Source: Candidatus Cybelea sp.
Lineage (GTDB): Bacteria; Vulcanimicrobiota; Vulcanimicrobiia; Vulcanimicrobiales; Vulcanimicrobiaceae
Direction: 5' to 3'
Length of the DNA stretch: 27,115 nucleotides
Assembly: GCA_049285355.1 (NCBI GenBank)
Contig: JBAPZS010000321.1
Location: 1-27,115 of the forward strand
The notes beneath the pieces were generated by a model. That model did no database searches and was not told the origin of the DNA. It worked only from the letters and a program-made list of their open reading frames with translations. Numbering within the stretch: position 1 is the stretch's first letter; each line of letters opens with the position of its first letter. Made by a program: the position numbers and the translations under genes. Shown one piece after another: positions 10,898 to 18,944 of this stretch.

Positions 10898-11506
10898 ATG
10901 CGTACGTTCAATCCCATTGCCATGCTTGCGCTGGTCGCAGCCACGGCGCTGCCCGCCGCCGCATCGGCGACCTTGCTTCCAAACGTCGTCGATCAGCAGA
11001 CGCGTTTCTCCGGCTCGTGCTGCGTTTACACCGGCGCGCCGTCGCTAGCGCTGACGCTCTCGATGGTGGAGGCCGGCGGTGGACCCAGCAACTTTTCGAC
11101 CGTCTCGCTGCTCAAAGTGCTCACCGGCAGCCTCTTTGATGCCGAAGTCGCCAAGCTGACGAAAGAATACGGCAAAGATCAGGTCGGTCAGTTCCTCAAA
11201 ACCTTCGATTTCGTCGTGAAGGACTCGCTGAAGATCGTCACCGAGAAGAAGGTCGCGCTTCCGAGTAAACCGGATCCCGATCCCACGAACGGGCCTTCGC
11301 TCGCAAAAGCGCTGTGGAACGCGGGACAGAGTGGCGAAGGTTTTAACGTCGAGGTAATGCTTGACCGCCTCGTTTCGCATCCGATTCACCTACAAGTGAT
11401 GAAGGACATCGATGCCAAGTACGGTCTCGGCGTCGACGCACAGTACCACGCGATCCTCACCACTGCAATGAAGGATCTCGCCGGCGCTTACAAACTCAGC
11501 ATGTAG
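10898..11506 (+). CDS. Secreted hypothetical protein, probable ECF regulon target
   Basis: RBS AAAGGA, signal peptide, strongly biased codon usage, CC pair, SHPIH and YH motifs. Confidence 0.85.
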   Translation: MRTFNPIAMLALVAATALPAAASATLLPNVVDQQTRFSGSCCVYTGAPSLALTLSMVEAGGGPSNFSTVSLLKVLTGSLFDAEVAKLTKEYGKDQVGQFLKTFDFVVKDSLKIVTEKKVALPSKPDPDPTNGPSLAKALWNAGQSGEGFNVEVMLDRLVSHPIHLQVMKDIDAKYGLGVDAQYHAILTTAMKDLAGAYKLSM

Positions 11507-11511
11507 CTTGA

Positions 11512-11542
11512 GCCTCGTTGGCCCCAAGAAGGCCAACGAGGC
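11512..11542. terminator. Perfect 12-bp stem-loop between convergent genes (terminator or 3' stabiliser)
   Basis: GCCTCGTTGGCC-ccaagaa-GGCCAACGAGGC, 5 nt after stop 11506; no adjacent U-tract. Confidence 0.6.
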
Positions 11543-11654
11543 CGCTCCCGTCGGTGTGGCAGCAGCGTTCTTTTTGTGGATAGCATTCGAGATTGGTTGT
11601 GGGGGCGCGTTTGTGTGGCTACATCCGGTGCCTCGGTGAGCTAAGCTAGTATGC

Positions 11655-11966
11655 CTACCAAATCCCGAGCATGGCTTTGACGTCGTCGGAGGCCATCGTG
11701 CGCGGATCCCACGGCGGCATGAACGTGATCTCAACGTTGGCGTTCTTGACGCCCTCGATCGCGAGCACGTGATCCTTTACGGACTGCATGAACATCGGTC
11801 CGACGGGGCACATCGGCGACGTCAGCGTCATCATAACGTTGACGTTCTCGCCTTTTTCGCCCTCGGTCGTGATGTCGTAGACTAAGCCCAGCTCGAGGAT
11901 TCCCAAGTTTAGCTCGGGGTCTTTTACCTCAACGAGCGCTTCGCGGACCTGTTCGACGGTTGGCAT
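11655..11966 (-). CDS. DUF59/SufT-PaaD family metal-sulfur cluster assembly factor
   Basis: VKDPEL..I.ELGLVY, MTLTSPMCP, PPW motifs. Confidence 0.92.
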   Translation of the reverse strand: MPTVEQVREALVEVKDPELNLGILELGLVYDITTEGEKGENVNVMMTLTSPMCPVGPMFMQSVKDHVLAIEGVKNANVEITFMPPWDPRTMASDDVKAMLGIW

Positions 11967-12096
11967 GCCTGCGAGGTTCCGCGGGCCGCAAGTCTAACCT
12001 TCGGTTAGAGGTGGGCCCGAGGCGGGCGACCGACGGCTGAGCGCGAAACCGTGACGAACCCGGCGGCGTTAAGCCTGTAGGAGGAATTAGAGAGCG

Positions 12097-14598
12097 ATGT
12101 CGATGTGGGAGCCTTTCACCGAGCGAGCGCGGCGCAGCATCGTACTTGCTCAGGAAGAAGCTCAGCGTCTCGGAAACAACTACATTGGAACCGAGCATAT
12201 TCTGCTCGGCATTATCTCCGAGGGCGAGAGTTTGGCCGCCAAGGTTCTCGAGTCGCTTGGCGTCAATTTGGCCAAGGTTCGCCAAGAGGTCGAGGCCATC
12301 GTTGGGCGCGGCGGACAGACCGTGCAGCAGGAGATGGTCTTCACGCCGCGGGCCAAGCGGGTGATCGAGCTCGCCTTTGAAGAGGCACGCCAGCTCAACC
12401 ACAACTACATCGGTACCGAGCACTTGCTTCTCGGCTTGATCCGGGAGGGTGAGGGCGTCGCCGCCCGCGTGCTTACCAACTTAGGCGTGGATCCGGCGAA
12501 GGTTCGCGTTCAGACGACCTCATTGCTCGGCGCCGAGGGCCAACCCGCGGCTCCGAAGGGAAAGAGCAAGACGCCGACGCTCGACGCGTACGGGCGCGAT
12601 CTAACGCAGCTGGCGCGCGACGGCAAGCTGGATCCCGTCATCGGCCGCAACAACGAGATCGAACGCGTCATTCAGATTCTGTCGCGCCGGACGAAGAACA
12701 ACCCCGCGCTCATCGGCGAGCCGGGTGTCGGCAAGACCGCGATCGCGGAAGGGTTGGCGCAACGCGTCATCAAGGGCGACATTCCGGAGCCGCTGCGCGA
12801 CCGGCGCGTTATTACCCTCGATTTGGCGGGCCTAGTGGCCGGGACGAAGTACCGCGGCGAGTTCGAAGAGCGCATGAAGCGCGTCATGGACGAGATCCGC
12901 GGCGCCTCCGGCGAGATCATCCTCTTTATCGACGAACTGCATACGTTGGTCGGCGCCGGCGCGGCCGAAGGCGCGATCGACGCGAGCAATATCATCAAGC
13001 CCGCGCTCGCGCGCGGCGAGCTACAATGCATCGGGGCTACGACGCTCAACGAGTTTCGCAAACACATCGAGAAAGACTCGGCGCTCGAACGGCGCTTTCA
13101 ACCGATCATGGTCGGCGAGCCGTCCGTCGACGAGACGATCGAGATTCTCAGAGGTCTGCGCGATCGCTATGAGGCGCATCACAAGGTGCAAATCACCGAC
13201 GAGGCGCTCGCGGCGGCCGCGAAGCTCAGCGATCGCTACATCACCGACCGCTTTCTGCCGGATAAAGCCGTCGACCTGATCGACGAGGCCAGCTCGCGCG
13301 TGCGCTTACAGGCCACGCTCCCGCCCCCGGCAATTCGTGAGGCCGATGCGCAACTGCGTATGCTGATCGCCGAGAAGGAGGCGGTCGTAAAGAATCAGGA
13401 GTTCGACAAGGCCGCAACGATCCGCGATCGCGAGGAGAAGCTGCGCCTCGAGAAGGCGAATCTCGAGCAGGAGTGGCGCGACCGCAAAGCCGCCAGCGAC
13501 CGCGTTCTCCAAGTGACCGCTGAGAATATTGCCGAGATCGTCGCCTCGTGGACGAGGATTCCGGTCAGCCGCCTCGCCCAAGCTGAGACCGAAAAACTTC
13601 TCAACATGGGCGAACTCCTCCACGAGCGGATAATCGGACAAAACGAAGCGGTCAACGTCCTTACACGTGCGATCCGCCGCTCGCGGGCGGGCTTGAAGAG
13701 CCCGAACCGGCCGATCGGCTCGTTCATTTTCCTCGGTCCCACCGGCGTTGGTAAGACGGAGGTCGCGCGCAGCGTCGCGGCCTTCTTATTCGACGATGAA
13801 GATTCGATGATCCGCATCGACATGTCGGAGTACATGGAGAAGTATTCGGTCAGCCGCCTCGTCGGCGCACCGCCGGGATACGTTGGATATGAAGAAGGCG
13901 GCCAGCTAACCGAAGCGGTACGGCGCCGTCCGTACTCGGTCGTCCTGCTCGACGAGATCGAGAAGGCGCACCCCGACGTCTTCAACTTGCTTCTGCAAGT
14001 GCTCGAGGACGGACACCTTACCGACTCTCAGGGCCGCCGCGTCGACTTCAAGAACACGGTCATCATCATGACGAGCAACGTCGGCGCGACCGGAATGACG
14101 ACCACAACCGATATCGGTTTCCGTCCCCAGAAGCTCTCGGCCGAGGACGAAGTCAAGGCCTACGAGCGAATGAAGAACCGCGTGATGGAGGAGGTCAAGC
14201 AGACCTTCCGGCCCGAGTTCCTCAATCGCGTCGACGAAGTGCTCGTCTTCCATCAGCTCACTCGCGACCAGATCGAAAAGATCGTTTCGCTCGAACTCAA
14301 CAAGGTCGTTCGCGAAGTACGCGCTCAAGAGATGGAGCTCAAGGTTACCGAGGCAGCCAAGGCGGTGCTCGCGCGCAAGGGATGGGATCCGGAGTTCGGC
14401 GCGCGTCCGTTGCGGCGCGCGATTCAGCGAATGGTCGAAGACGAACTGGCCGAGGAGATGCTCAAGGGCACCTTCGGATCGGGTGACCATATCCTCGGCG
14501 ACGTCGATCCGGATGATGCCGAGAAGATCAAGTACACGAAGATTCCGTCGGTCGAACCCCCGGCTCCGCCGGCGACCTCCGAGCCCGCCGTCAACTAG
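12097..14598 (+). CDS. clpC: ATP-dependent Clp protease ATP-binding subunit ClpC
   Basis: Two Clp-N repeats ([16 protein letters not shown]), [11 protein letters not shown]-like middle domain, [32 protein letters not shown]. Confidence 0.96.
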   Translation: MSMWEPFTERARRSIVLAQEEAQRLGNNYIGTEHILLGIISEGESLAAKVLESLGVNLAKVRQEVEAIVGRGGQTVQQEMVFTPRAKRVIELAFEEARQLNHNYIGTEHLLLGLIREGEGVAARVLTNLGVDPAKVRVQTTSLLGAEGQPAAPKGKSKTPTLDAYGRDLTQLARDGKLDPVIGRNNEIERVIQILSRRTKNNPALIGEPGVGKTAIAEGLAQRVIKGDIPEPLRDRRVITLDLAGLVAGTKYRGEFEERMKRVMDEIRGASGEIILFIDELHTLVGAGAAEGAIDASNIIKPALARGELQCIGATTLNEFRKHIEKDSALERRFQPIMVGEPSVDETIEILRGLRDRYEAHHKVQITDEALAAAAKLSDRYITDRFLPDKAVDLIDEASSRVRLQATLPPPAIREADAQLRMLIAEKEAVVKNQEFDKAATIRDREEKLRLEKANLEQEWRDRKAASDRVLQVTAENIAEIVASWTRIPVSRLAQAETEKLLNMGELLHERIIGQNEAVNVLTRAIRRSRAGLKSPNRPIGSFIFLGPTGVGKTEVARSVAAFLFDDEDSMIRIDMSEYMEKYSVSRLVGAPPGYVGYEEGGQLTEAVRRRPYSVVLLDEIEKAHPDVFNLLLQVLEDGHLTDSQGRRVDFKNTVIIMTSNVGATGMTTTTDIGFRPQKLSAEDEVKAYERMKNRVMEEVKQTFRPEFLNRVDEVLVFHQLTRDQIEKIVSLELNKVVREVRAQEMELKVTEAAKAVLARKGWDPEFGARPLRRAIQRMVEDELAEEMLKGTFGSGDHILGDVDPDDAEKIKYTKIPSVEPPAPPATSEPAVN

Positions 14599-14624
14599 AG
14601 CGGTTCGCCCGGCGCGACATGCAG

Positions 14625-14649
14625 TGTCGCCCTGACCTGGGTCGAAGGG
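14625..14649. repeat. REP-like element, degenerate copy 2
   Basis: TGTCGCCCTGACCTGGGTCGAAGGG versus TGTCACCCTGAGCGGAGTCGAAAGG at 1081-1105. Confidence 0.5.
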
Positions 14650-14656
14650 TGAGGCG

Positions 14657-16219
14657 ATGCACGCGTTGCTTCTGGCGATAGCGGTCGCGCAGGTCACTCC
14701 AACGCCCACGGCCTCGCCCAGCGGAACGCTGAGCCTCTCGACGACCAGCGTGAATCTAAATCCAGCCCAGCAGCAGGTCGTTACCGTGACCGGCGCTACG
14801 CCGCCGCTAACGGTAACGCTCGAGCAAAAGCTGGCCACGGTTGCCGCGGATCCGAGCGGCGCGAACGTTACGATAACCGCGACGCAGGCAACTGGAAGCG
14901 ACGTTCTGCACGTAACCGATGCGACCGGCGCAACCGCCGACCTTGCGATTCGCGTGGCCTTCAACGCCGGCACGATCGTGCCGCAAACGACGCTGACGGT
15001 CACCGGAGATCCGGCGCAACCGGACTGGCTGGCGCAGAGCGTCGCCGCGGAGGTGGCGCGACTGACGCAAGCGCTGCCGGGAGCCAGTATAACGATCGGT
15101 ACCGTAGCGCCGCCCTCCGCGCCGCTCGCGCCCGGTGCGAGCGCGCAGTTCGTCGTGCCGGTTCAGATCGCCGGCAACGGCCAGTACTTCGATCGTGCGG
15201 GTTCGACGACGGTGCTCGTTGCGAATACGCCGGCGCAACCCTTCTTGCCCGGACTGCTCTTTTATGACGACGATCCGGAGCACGTCGCGCAGGACGGCGT
15301 GCTCTTTCGCGGGACGGTCTCGTCGGCGCAGCCGGCGCGTCTTTACTACTACCATGACGACGGAACCGATCCGCACCGGCTGGTCGTGTCACTGCGAAAC
15401 GCATCCGCCACCGACGCCAGCTCCGTTCAATTGATCGAAGCCTCCGCCGGTCCCAATATGGACGTGATGCAGGTCGGGCAATCGGTGACGAAGCGCTTCT
15501 TGCTGACAAAGGGCCAGCAAGAAGGGATCGTCGTGGAGCTCTCCGGCGATCAGCCGTACTGGTTGACCGATCTGCCGATGACCGCGCGCCAGCTCATTGC
15601 GGGAACGGCGGATCTGCGCGTTCTTTCGGGCGGCCCCGTAGACGTTACGGTACTTGCCGTTTCGCCGAGCGTCGATCCGCGAGCGCTGCTCGACGGACCG
15701 GTGCTTCCCGGCGACGGGCACCACCGGACCGGCGTTTTCTCGATCGCCGGTTTCGGCGGCGAGAGCCTCAACTTCTCCGCGGGCGGCGCGGACGCGACGG
15801 CAGTGATCGGCGATACGGATCCGACACCATCAAACGTCAATCCATCGGCCGACGGCCATGACTACGGCGACTACGGTGTCGTGCACACGCTCGATCTCAC
15901 CTTGACCAATCCGAGCGCCACGCCCGCTTCGGCCTACCTGTTCTTGCAACCGCTTGCAGGCCCCGTGCGCGGAAGCTTCTTGATTGGTGGAAGTCTCGTC
16001 GACGTCGGCTGCGTGCGCGTTCCGTCGCGCTATCAAGTCACGGCCTTCGACCTCGCACCGGGTCAGACGCAGCGCACCACCATCCAGACGATGACGGACG
16101 GCGGCTCTTTCTATCCCGTGCGCATCGGCGTAACGGCGACGGCGCCGCTGCCGACCGCGCCGCCGGTTACCGCTCCGGACGGATGCTTCCCCAAACCGCA
16201 GCCCACTGGGCAACAATGA
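14657..16219 (+). CDS. Secreted hypothetical protein (Thr-rich Ig-like N-terminal part, conserved-looking C-terminal domain)
   Basis: Short signal peptide, beta-rich N-terminus, motifs LFYDDDPE, RLYYYH, HHRTGVF, GDYGV; stop overlaps the next start (ATGA). Confidence 0.85.
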   Translation: MHALLLAIAVAQVTPTPTASPSGTLSLSTTSVNLNPAQQQVVTVTGATPPLTVTLEQKLATVAADPSGANVTITATQATGSDVLHVTDATGATADLAIRVAFNAGTIVPQTTLTVTGDPAQPDWLAQSVAAEVARLTQALPGASITIGTVAPPSAPLAPGASAQFVVPVQIAGNGQYFDRAGSTTVLVANTPAQPFLPGLLFYDDDPEHVAQDGVLFRGTVSSAQPARLYYYHDDGTDPHRLVVSLRNASATDASSVQLIEASAGPNMDVMQVGQSVTKRFLLTKGQQEGIVVELSGDQPYWLTDLPMTARQLIAGTADLRVLSGGPVDVTVLAVSPSVDPRALLDGPVLPGDGHHRTGVFSIAGFGGESLNFSAGGADATAVIGDTDPTPSNVNPSADGHDYGDYGVVHTLDLTLTNPSATPASAYLFLQPLAGPVRGSFLIGGSLVDVGCVRVPSRYQVTAFDLAPGQTQRTTIQTMTDGGSFYPVRIGVTATAPLPTAPPVTAPDGCFPKPQPTGQQ

Positions 16220-17208
16220 GTGCCGACGGCGAGTCGAAAGTCATCCTCTTGGTGCGACTGCTCAACGCCATCGATCAAGCCCGCCATTCGTTCGAGGACC
16301 TCAAGGGTAAGATTGCCGAGGACGGGCCGCGCCCCAGCACGCGTACCTTGCGTCGCTATCTCGCCGTCTTGAGCAACGCGGGCTTTCCGATCTACTTCGA
16401 TCGCGCGGCCAACGTCTATCGGTTCGCACAGGGGTATAGCCTCAAGCGACTCGACTTGAGCAGCGGCGAGCTCTTTGGATTGGTGGCACTGCGCTCGCTC
16501 GGGGCGAGCATCGGCGGCACGATCGGCGCCTCAATCGACGAGGTAGCCGGAAAGCTCGTCGGGAGCTCCGGCGGGCCGGTACGCGCGCGCGTTGACCAAG
16601 CCTCGCCGGTGGCATTTCGCCTCTCCGAGATCGCCCTCGACGAGGGCGGCGAGCGCGCCTTCTCGCTGCTCTCATCCGCGGAACGTTCCTCGCGCAGCGT
16701 GCGCTTCAAGTATCAAGATAAAGAAGGGCGAAGCAGTACGCGCACCGTCGATCCGTACGGTTTCATCATCAATGCCGGACGCGTTTATTGCGTCGCGTAC
16801 GATCACAATCGCCGTGACAAGCGAACTTTTGCCGTAGACAACGTGAGCGCGCCGGTCGTTCTAGCAAAGACGTTCGTGCGTCCCACCGGTTTCAACGTCG
16901 AGGCGTACGCGGCGGGCTCGATCAGCGGCCTCTTGCACAACGACGAGACGACCGAGGTGCGCGTGCGCTTCGCACCGCGCGTGGCCAAGGCCGCTGTCGC
17001 GGCGCGGATCGTCGCCGATTTTTATGCCGAGCAAAACGCCGACGGTTCCGCCGAGATCGCCTATCGGGTCGCCGACGTGGACGAGCTCGTTCGCTGGGTG
17101 CTCGGTTGGGGCGGTCAGGCGGAGATACTCGCGCCGGATTTCGTACGCACTCGGATTGCCGAGCTCGCCGCAGAGATCGCGCAGAAGTATCTCTCCGCAT
17201 CGAGCTGA
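16216..17208 (+). CDS. HTH-WYL-WCX transcriptional regulator (PafB/PafC/YafY-like)
   Basis: HTH STRTLRRYLAVL..AGFPI; WYL domain FKY...RTVDPY...VYCVAYD...RTFAVDNV; WCX end LVRWVLGWGGQAEILAP. Start moved to ATG 16216. Confidence 0.92.
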   Translation: MSADGESKVILLVRLLNAIDQARHSFEDLKGKIAEDGPRPSTRTLRRYLAVLSNAGFPIYFDRAANVYRFAQGYSLKRLDLSSGELFGLVALRSLGASIGGTIGASIDEVAGKLVGSSGGPVRARVDQASPVAFRLSEIALDEGGERAFSLLSSAERSSRSVRFKYQDKEGRSSTRTVDPYGFIINAGRVYCVAYDHNRRDKRTFAVDNVSAPVVLAKTFVRPTGFNVEAYAAGSISGLLHNDETTEVRVRFAPRVAKAAVAARIVADFYAEQNADGSAEIAYRVADVDELVRWVLGWGGQAEILAPDFVRTRIAELAAEIAQKYLSASS

Positions 17209-17213
17209 ATGCG

Positions 17214-18116
17214 ATGCTCTATCTCGATGAGGAGCACGTTGGCAAGCTGCTGCGCTGGGAGAGCTTGATTGCGGCGATGGAAGGCGCGCTGGCAGAGTTC
17301 TCAAGCGGCGCCGTCTTGAATCCGGTGCGCGCCGTGTACGCCGTCGAGGAAGGCCGGCGTTACTTTGGGATTATGCCCGCGATCGCGCCCGATGTCATGG
17401 GGTTGAAAGCGGTGAGTTTCTATCCCGCCAACGAAGGCACCGGCGTTCCTACCCACGACGCAATCGTGCTGCTGTTTCGGACCTCGGACGGACAGCCACT
17501 GGCCGCTATGGACGGGCGCTTAATCACCGAGATGCGCACGGCGGCGGTATCGGCGGCGGTGACCAAGTACCTGATGCCTGCGGCGAGCCGCGTGCTGGCC
17601 CTACTAGGGAGCGGCGTGCAGGCGCGATCGCACCTCGCAGCGCTCTCGCACGTCCGTAAATTTGACGAAGTGCGCGTCTGGAGCCGGAAGCCGGAGCATG
17701 CGCGTCGCTTCGCAACGGAGCATGGCGCAACGGCGATGGATGCGGAGCCGGCCGTACGCGGTGCCGACGTCGTCGTCGTCGCGACCGGCTCGCAAGAGCC
17801 GGTGCTGAAGGGTGCATGGTTGAAGCCGGGCGCCCACGTGAACGCAGTCGGGGCAAATCGGCCGACCTGGCGAGAGCTCGACGACGAAGCAATGCGTAAC
17901 GTGGTGATCGTAGACTCACGCGAAGCGAGCCTCAAAGAGTCCGGCGACGTGATTCTTTCGGGGGCAACGGCCTTTGCCGAGGCCGGCGAGATCTTCGCCG
18001 GCAGTAAAGTACCCGATCGCGCGCAGACGACCGTCTTCAAATCGCTGGGTCTGGCCGTCGAGGATATCGCGGCGGCGCGTCTCGTCTACGAGGCCGCGAT
18101 TGCGCCGAGCGAATAG
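17214..18116 (+). CDS. Ornithine cyclodeaminase/mu-crystallin family protein (ketimine reductase-like)
   Basis: GIMPA, GLKAVSFYP, ITEMRTAAVSA, LGSGVQA, GAHVNAVGA, FKSLGLAVED; start ATG 17214. Confidence 0.92.
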   Translation: MLYLDEEHVGKLLRWESLIAAMEGALAEFSSGAVLNPVRAVYAVEEGRRYFGIMPAIAPDVMGLKAVSFYPANEGTGVPTHDAIVLLFRTSDGQPLAAMDGRLITEMRTAAVSAAVTKYLMPAASRVLALLGSGVQARSHLAALSHVRKFDEVRVWSRKPEHARRFATEHGATAMDAEPAVRGADVVVVATGSQEPVLKGAWLKPGAHVNAVGANRPTWRELDDEAMRNVVIVDSREASLKESGDVILSGATAFAEAGEIFAGSKVPDRAQTTVFKSLGLAVEDIAAARLVYEAAIAPSE

Positions 18117-18614
18117 CTAGTAAAACTCCTTGCGCATGAGAATCGCGTCCCATACCTCACCGCTCTGCCGAACGACGTCGCGTTCGAAACGCTCGATCTC
18201 CCGAAAGCCTACCTTTTCGTAGAGCGCCCGCGCGGCCTGGTTGTGAGGGAAGACGTGCAGATTCAACTCTCTGACGCGGTGCTCGCGCGCCCACGCGAAG
18301 ACCCGGTCGATGAGCGCTTGGCCGATGCCGTGCCGGCGGTACGGCGCTCGGACGAGCATCCCGATCGTAAGACCCGCGTGAACGTGATGGAAAACGCTAA
18401 GCGAGCCGACAGCCAGGGCGCCGCTCCGCGCGATCCAAAAGGGCGTCTCGTCCGGCCGCGCGATCGCTTCGAGGAAGGCCGCGCGTTTACGCTCGCGGTC
18501 GAAGCCCGGCTCGGTGCCGATCCACCGGCGCTCGGCCGCCACCTCCTCGAATAGATCGAGCAGGTCGTCGGCCTCTTCGGCCCTCGCGTATCGGATTTCG
18601 AGATCGTTCATCAT
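18117..18614 (-). CDS. GNAT family N-acetyltransferase
   Basis: VRAPYRRHGIGQAL motif A, LHVFPHNQAARALYEKVGF; start ATG 18614 or 18611 rather than 18875. Confidence 0.9.
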   Translation of the reverse strand: MMNDLEIRYARAEEADDLLDLFEEVAAERRWIGTEPGFDRERKRAAFLEAIARPDETPFWIARSGALAVGSLSVFHHVHAGLTIGMLVRAPYRRHGIGQALIDRVFAWAREHRVRELNLHVFPHNQAARALYEKVGFREIERFERDVVRQSGEVWDAILMRKEFY

Positions 18615-18626
18615 CTGAGGTTCCGT

Positions 18627-18667
18627 AAATTTAACAGAACCCGTCGAGGCAAAGCCCCGACGGGTTC
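18627..18667 (-). terminator. Intrinsic terminator upstream of the GNAT gene
   Basis: Minus strand GAACCCGTCGGGGC-ttt-GCCTCGACGGGTTC then TGTTAAATTT. The 14-bp stem is complete only on the minus strand (G-U pair; A-C on plus). Confidence 0.75.
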
Positions 18668-18841
18668 CGACGCATTCACGCACCCATCTCGCCTGTTTTG
18701 GCCACCTGGTCGGAGAGCCCCACTGACGCAGGACGGGCGGTTTGACCGCTGCCACGGAATCGCTGCTCATCACAGCGTTTCGCGTTATGCATTGGCCGCG
18801 AACGATGCGCTCGTCGCACTTCGGATTTGGAATCGGAAGCC
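18630..18841 (-). ncRNA. Putative ~210-nt structured RNA or attenuated leader, family unassigned
   Basis: Bounded by a sigma70 promoter and a terminator; end-to-end pairing plus internal hairpins seen by eye. Confidence 0.45.
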
Positions 18842-18846
18842 CGGAA

Positions 18847-18875
18847 ATCGTAGCACGCACAAACGGCGTGGACAA
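18847..18875 (-). promoter_or_regulatory. Sigma70-type promoter TTGTCC-N17-TACGAT with extended -10 TG
   Basis: Minus strand TTGTCC acgccgtttgtgcgTGc TACGAT. Confidence 0.65.
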
Positions 18876-18929
18876 GCGCTCCTTCGATGCAATTCACAAC
18901 CTGTCCACAAGTTTTTTTCGTTATGCACA
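18867..18929. promoter_or_regulatory. Cluster of four DnaA-box-like 9-mers
   Basis: TTGTCCACG (minus, 18867-18875), CAATTCACA (18890-18898), CTGTCCACA (18901-18909), TTATGCACA (18921-18929) versus consensus TTATNCACA/TTGTCCACA. Confidence 0.6.
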
Positions 18930-18944
18930 CCGAAGGCGCAAACT

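Noticed and set aside
11575..11583. Single DnaA-box-like TGTGGATAG
   Set aside because: Isolated one-mismatch match expected by chance
16216..17208. WYL gene as a marker of a CRISPR or defence island
   Set aside because: No cas genes, arrays, nucleases or compositional anomaly in the window
18700..18790. T-box, hammerhead or raiA-motif similarity (GCTGTGATGAG; GTGGGG...GACCAGGT)
   Set aside because: No GGUGGNACC T-box, no CUGANGA/GAAA core geometry, and only a short 3' likeness to the raiA motif
18654..18850. Plus-strand resemblance to ykkC/guanidine-I riboswitch (GGGTTCCG...CTGGTCGGAGAG...AAGCCCGG)
   Set aside because: Spacing far too long, CUAG and P1/P3 pairing absent, and promoter and terminator polarity point to the minus strand
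18860..18935. Possible oriC
   Set aside because: No dnaA/dnaN neighbours, no extended AT-rich unwinding element, only four boxes
18615..18944. N-terminal extensions of the GNAT (to 18875) and of the plus ORF (from 18792)
   Set aside because: Extensions are not protein-like and run through promoter and terminator signals
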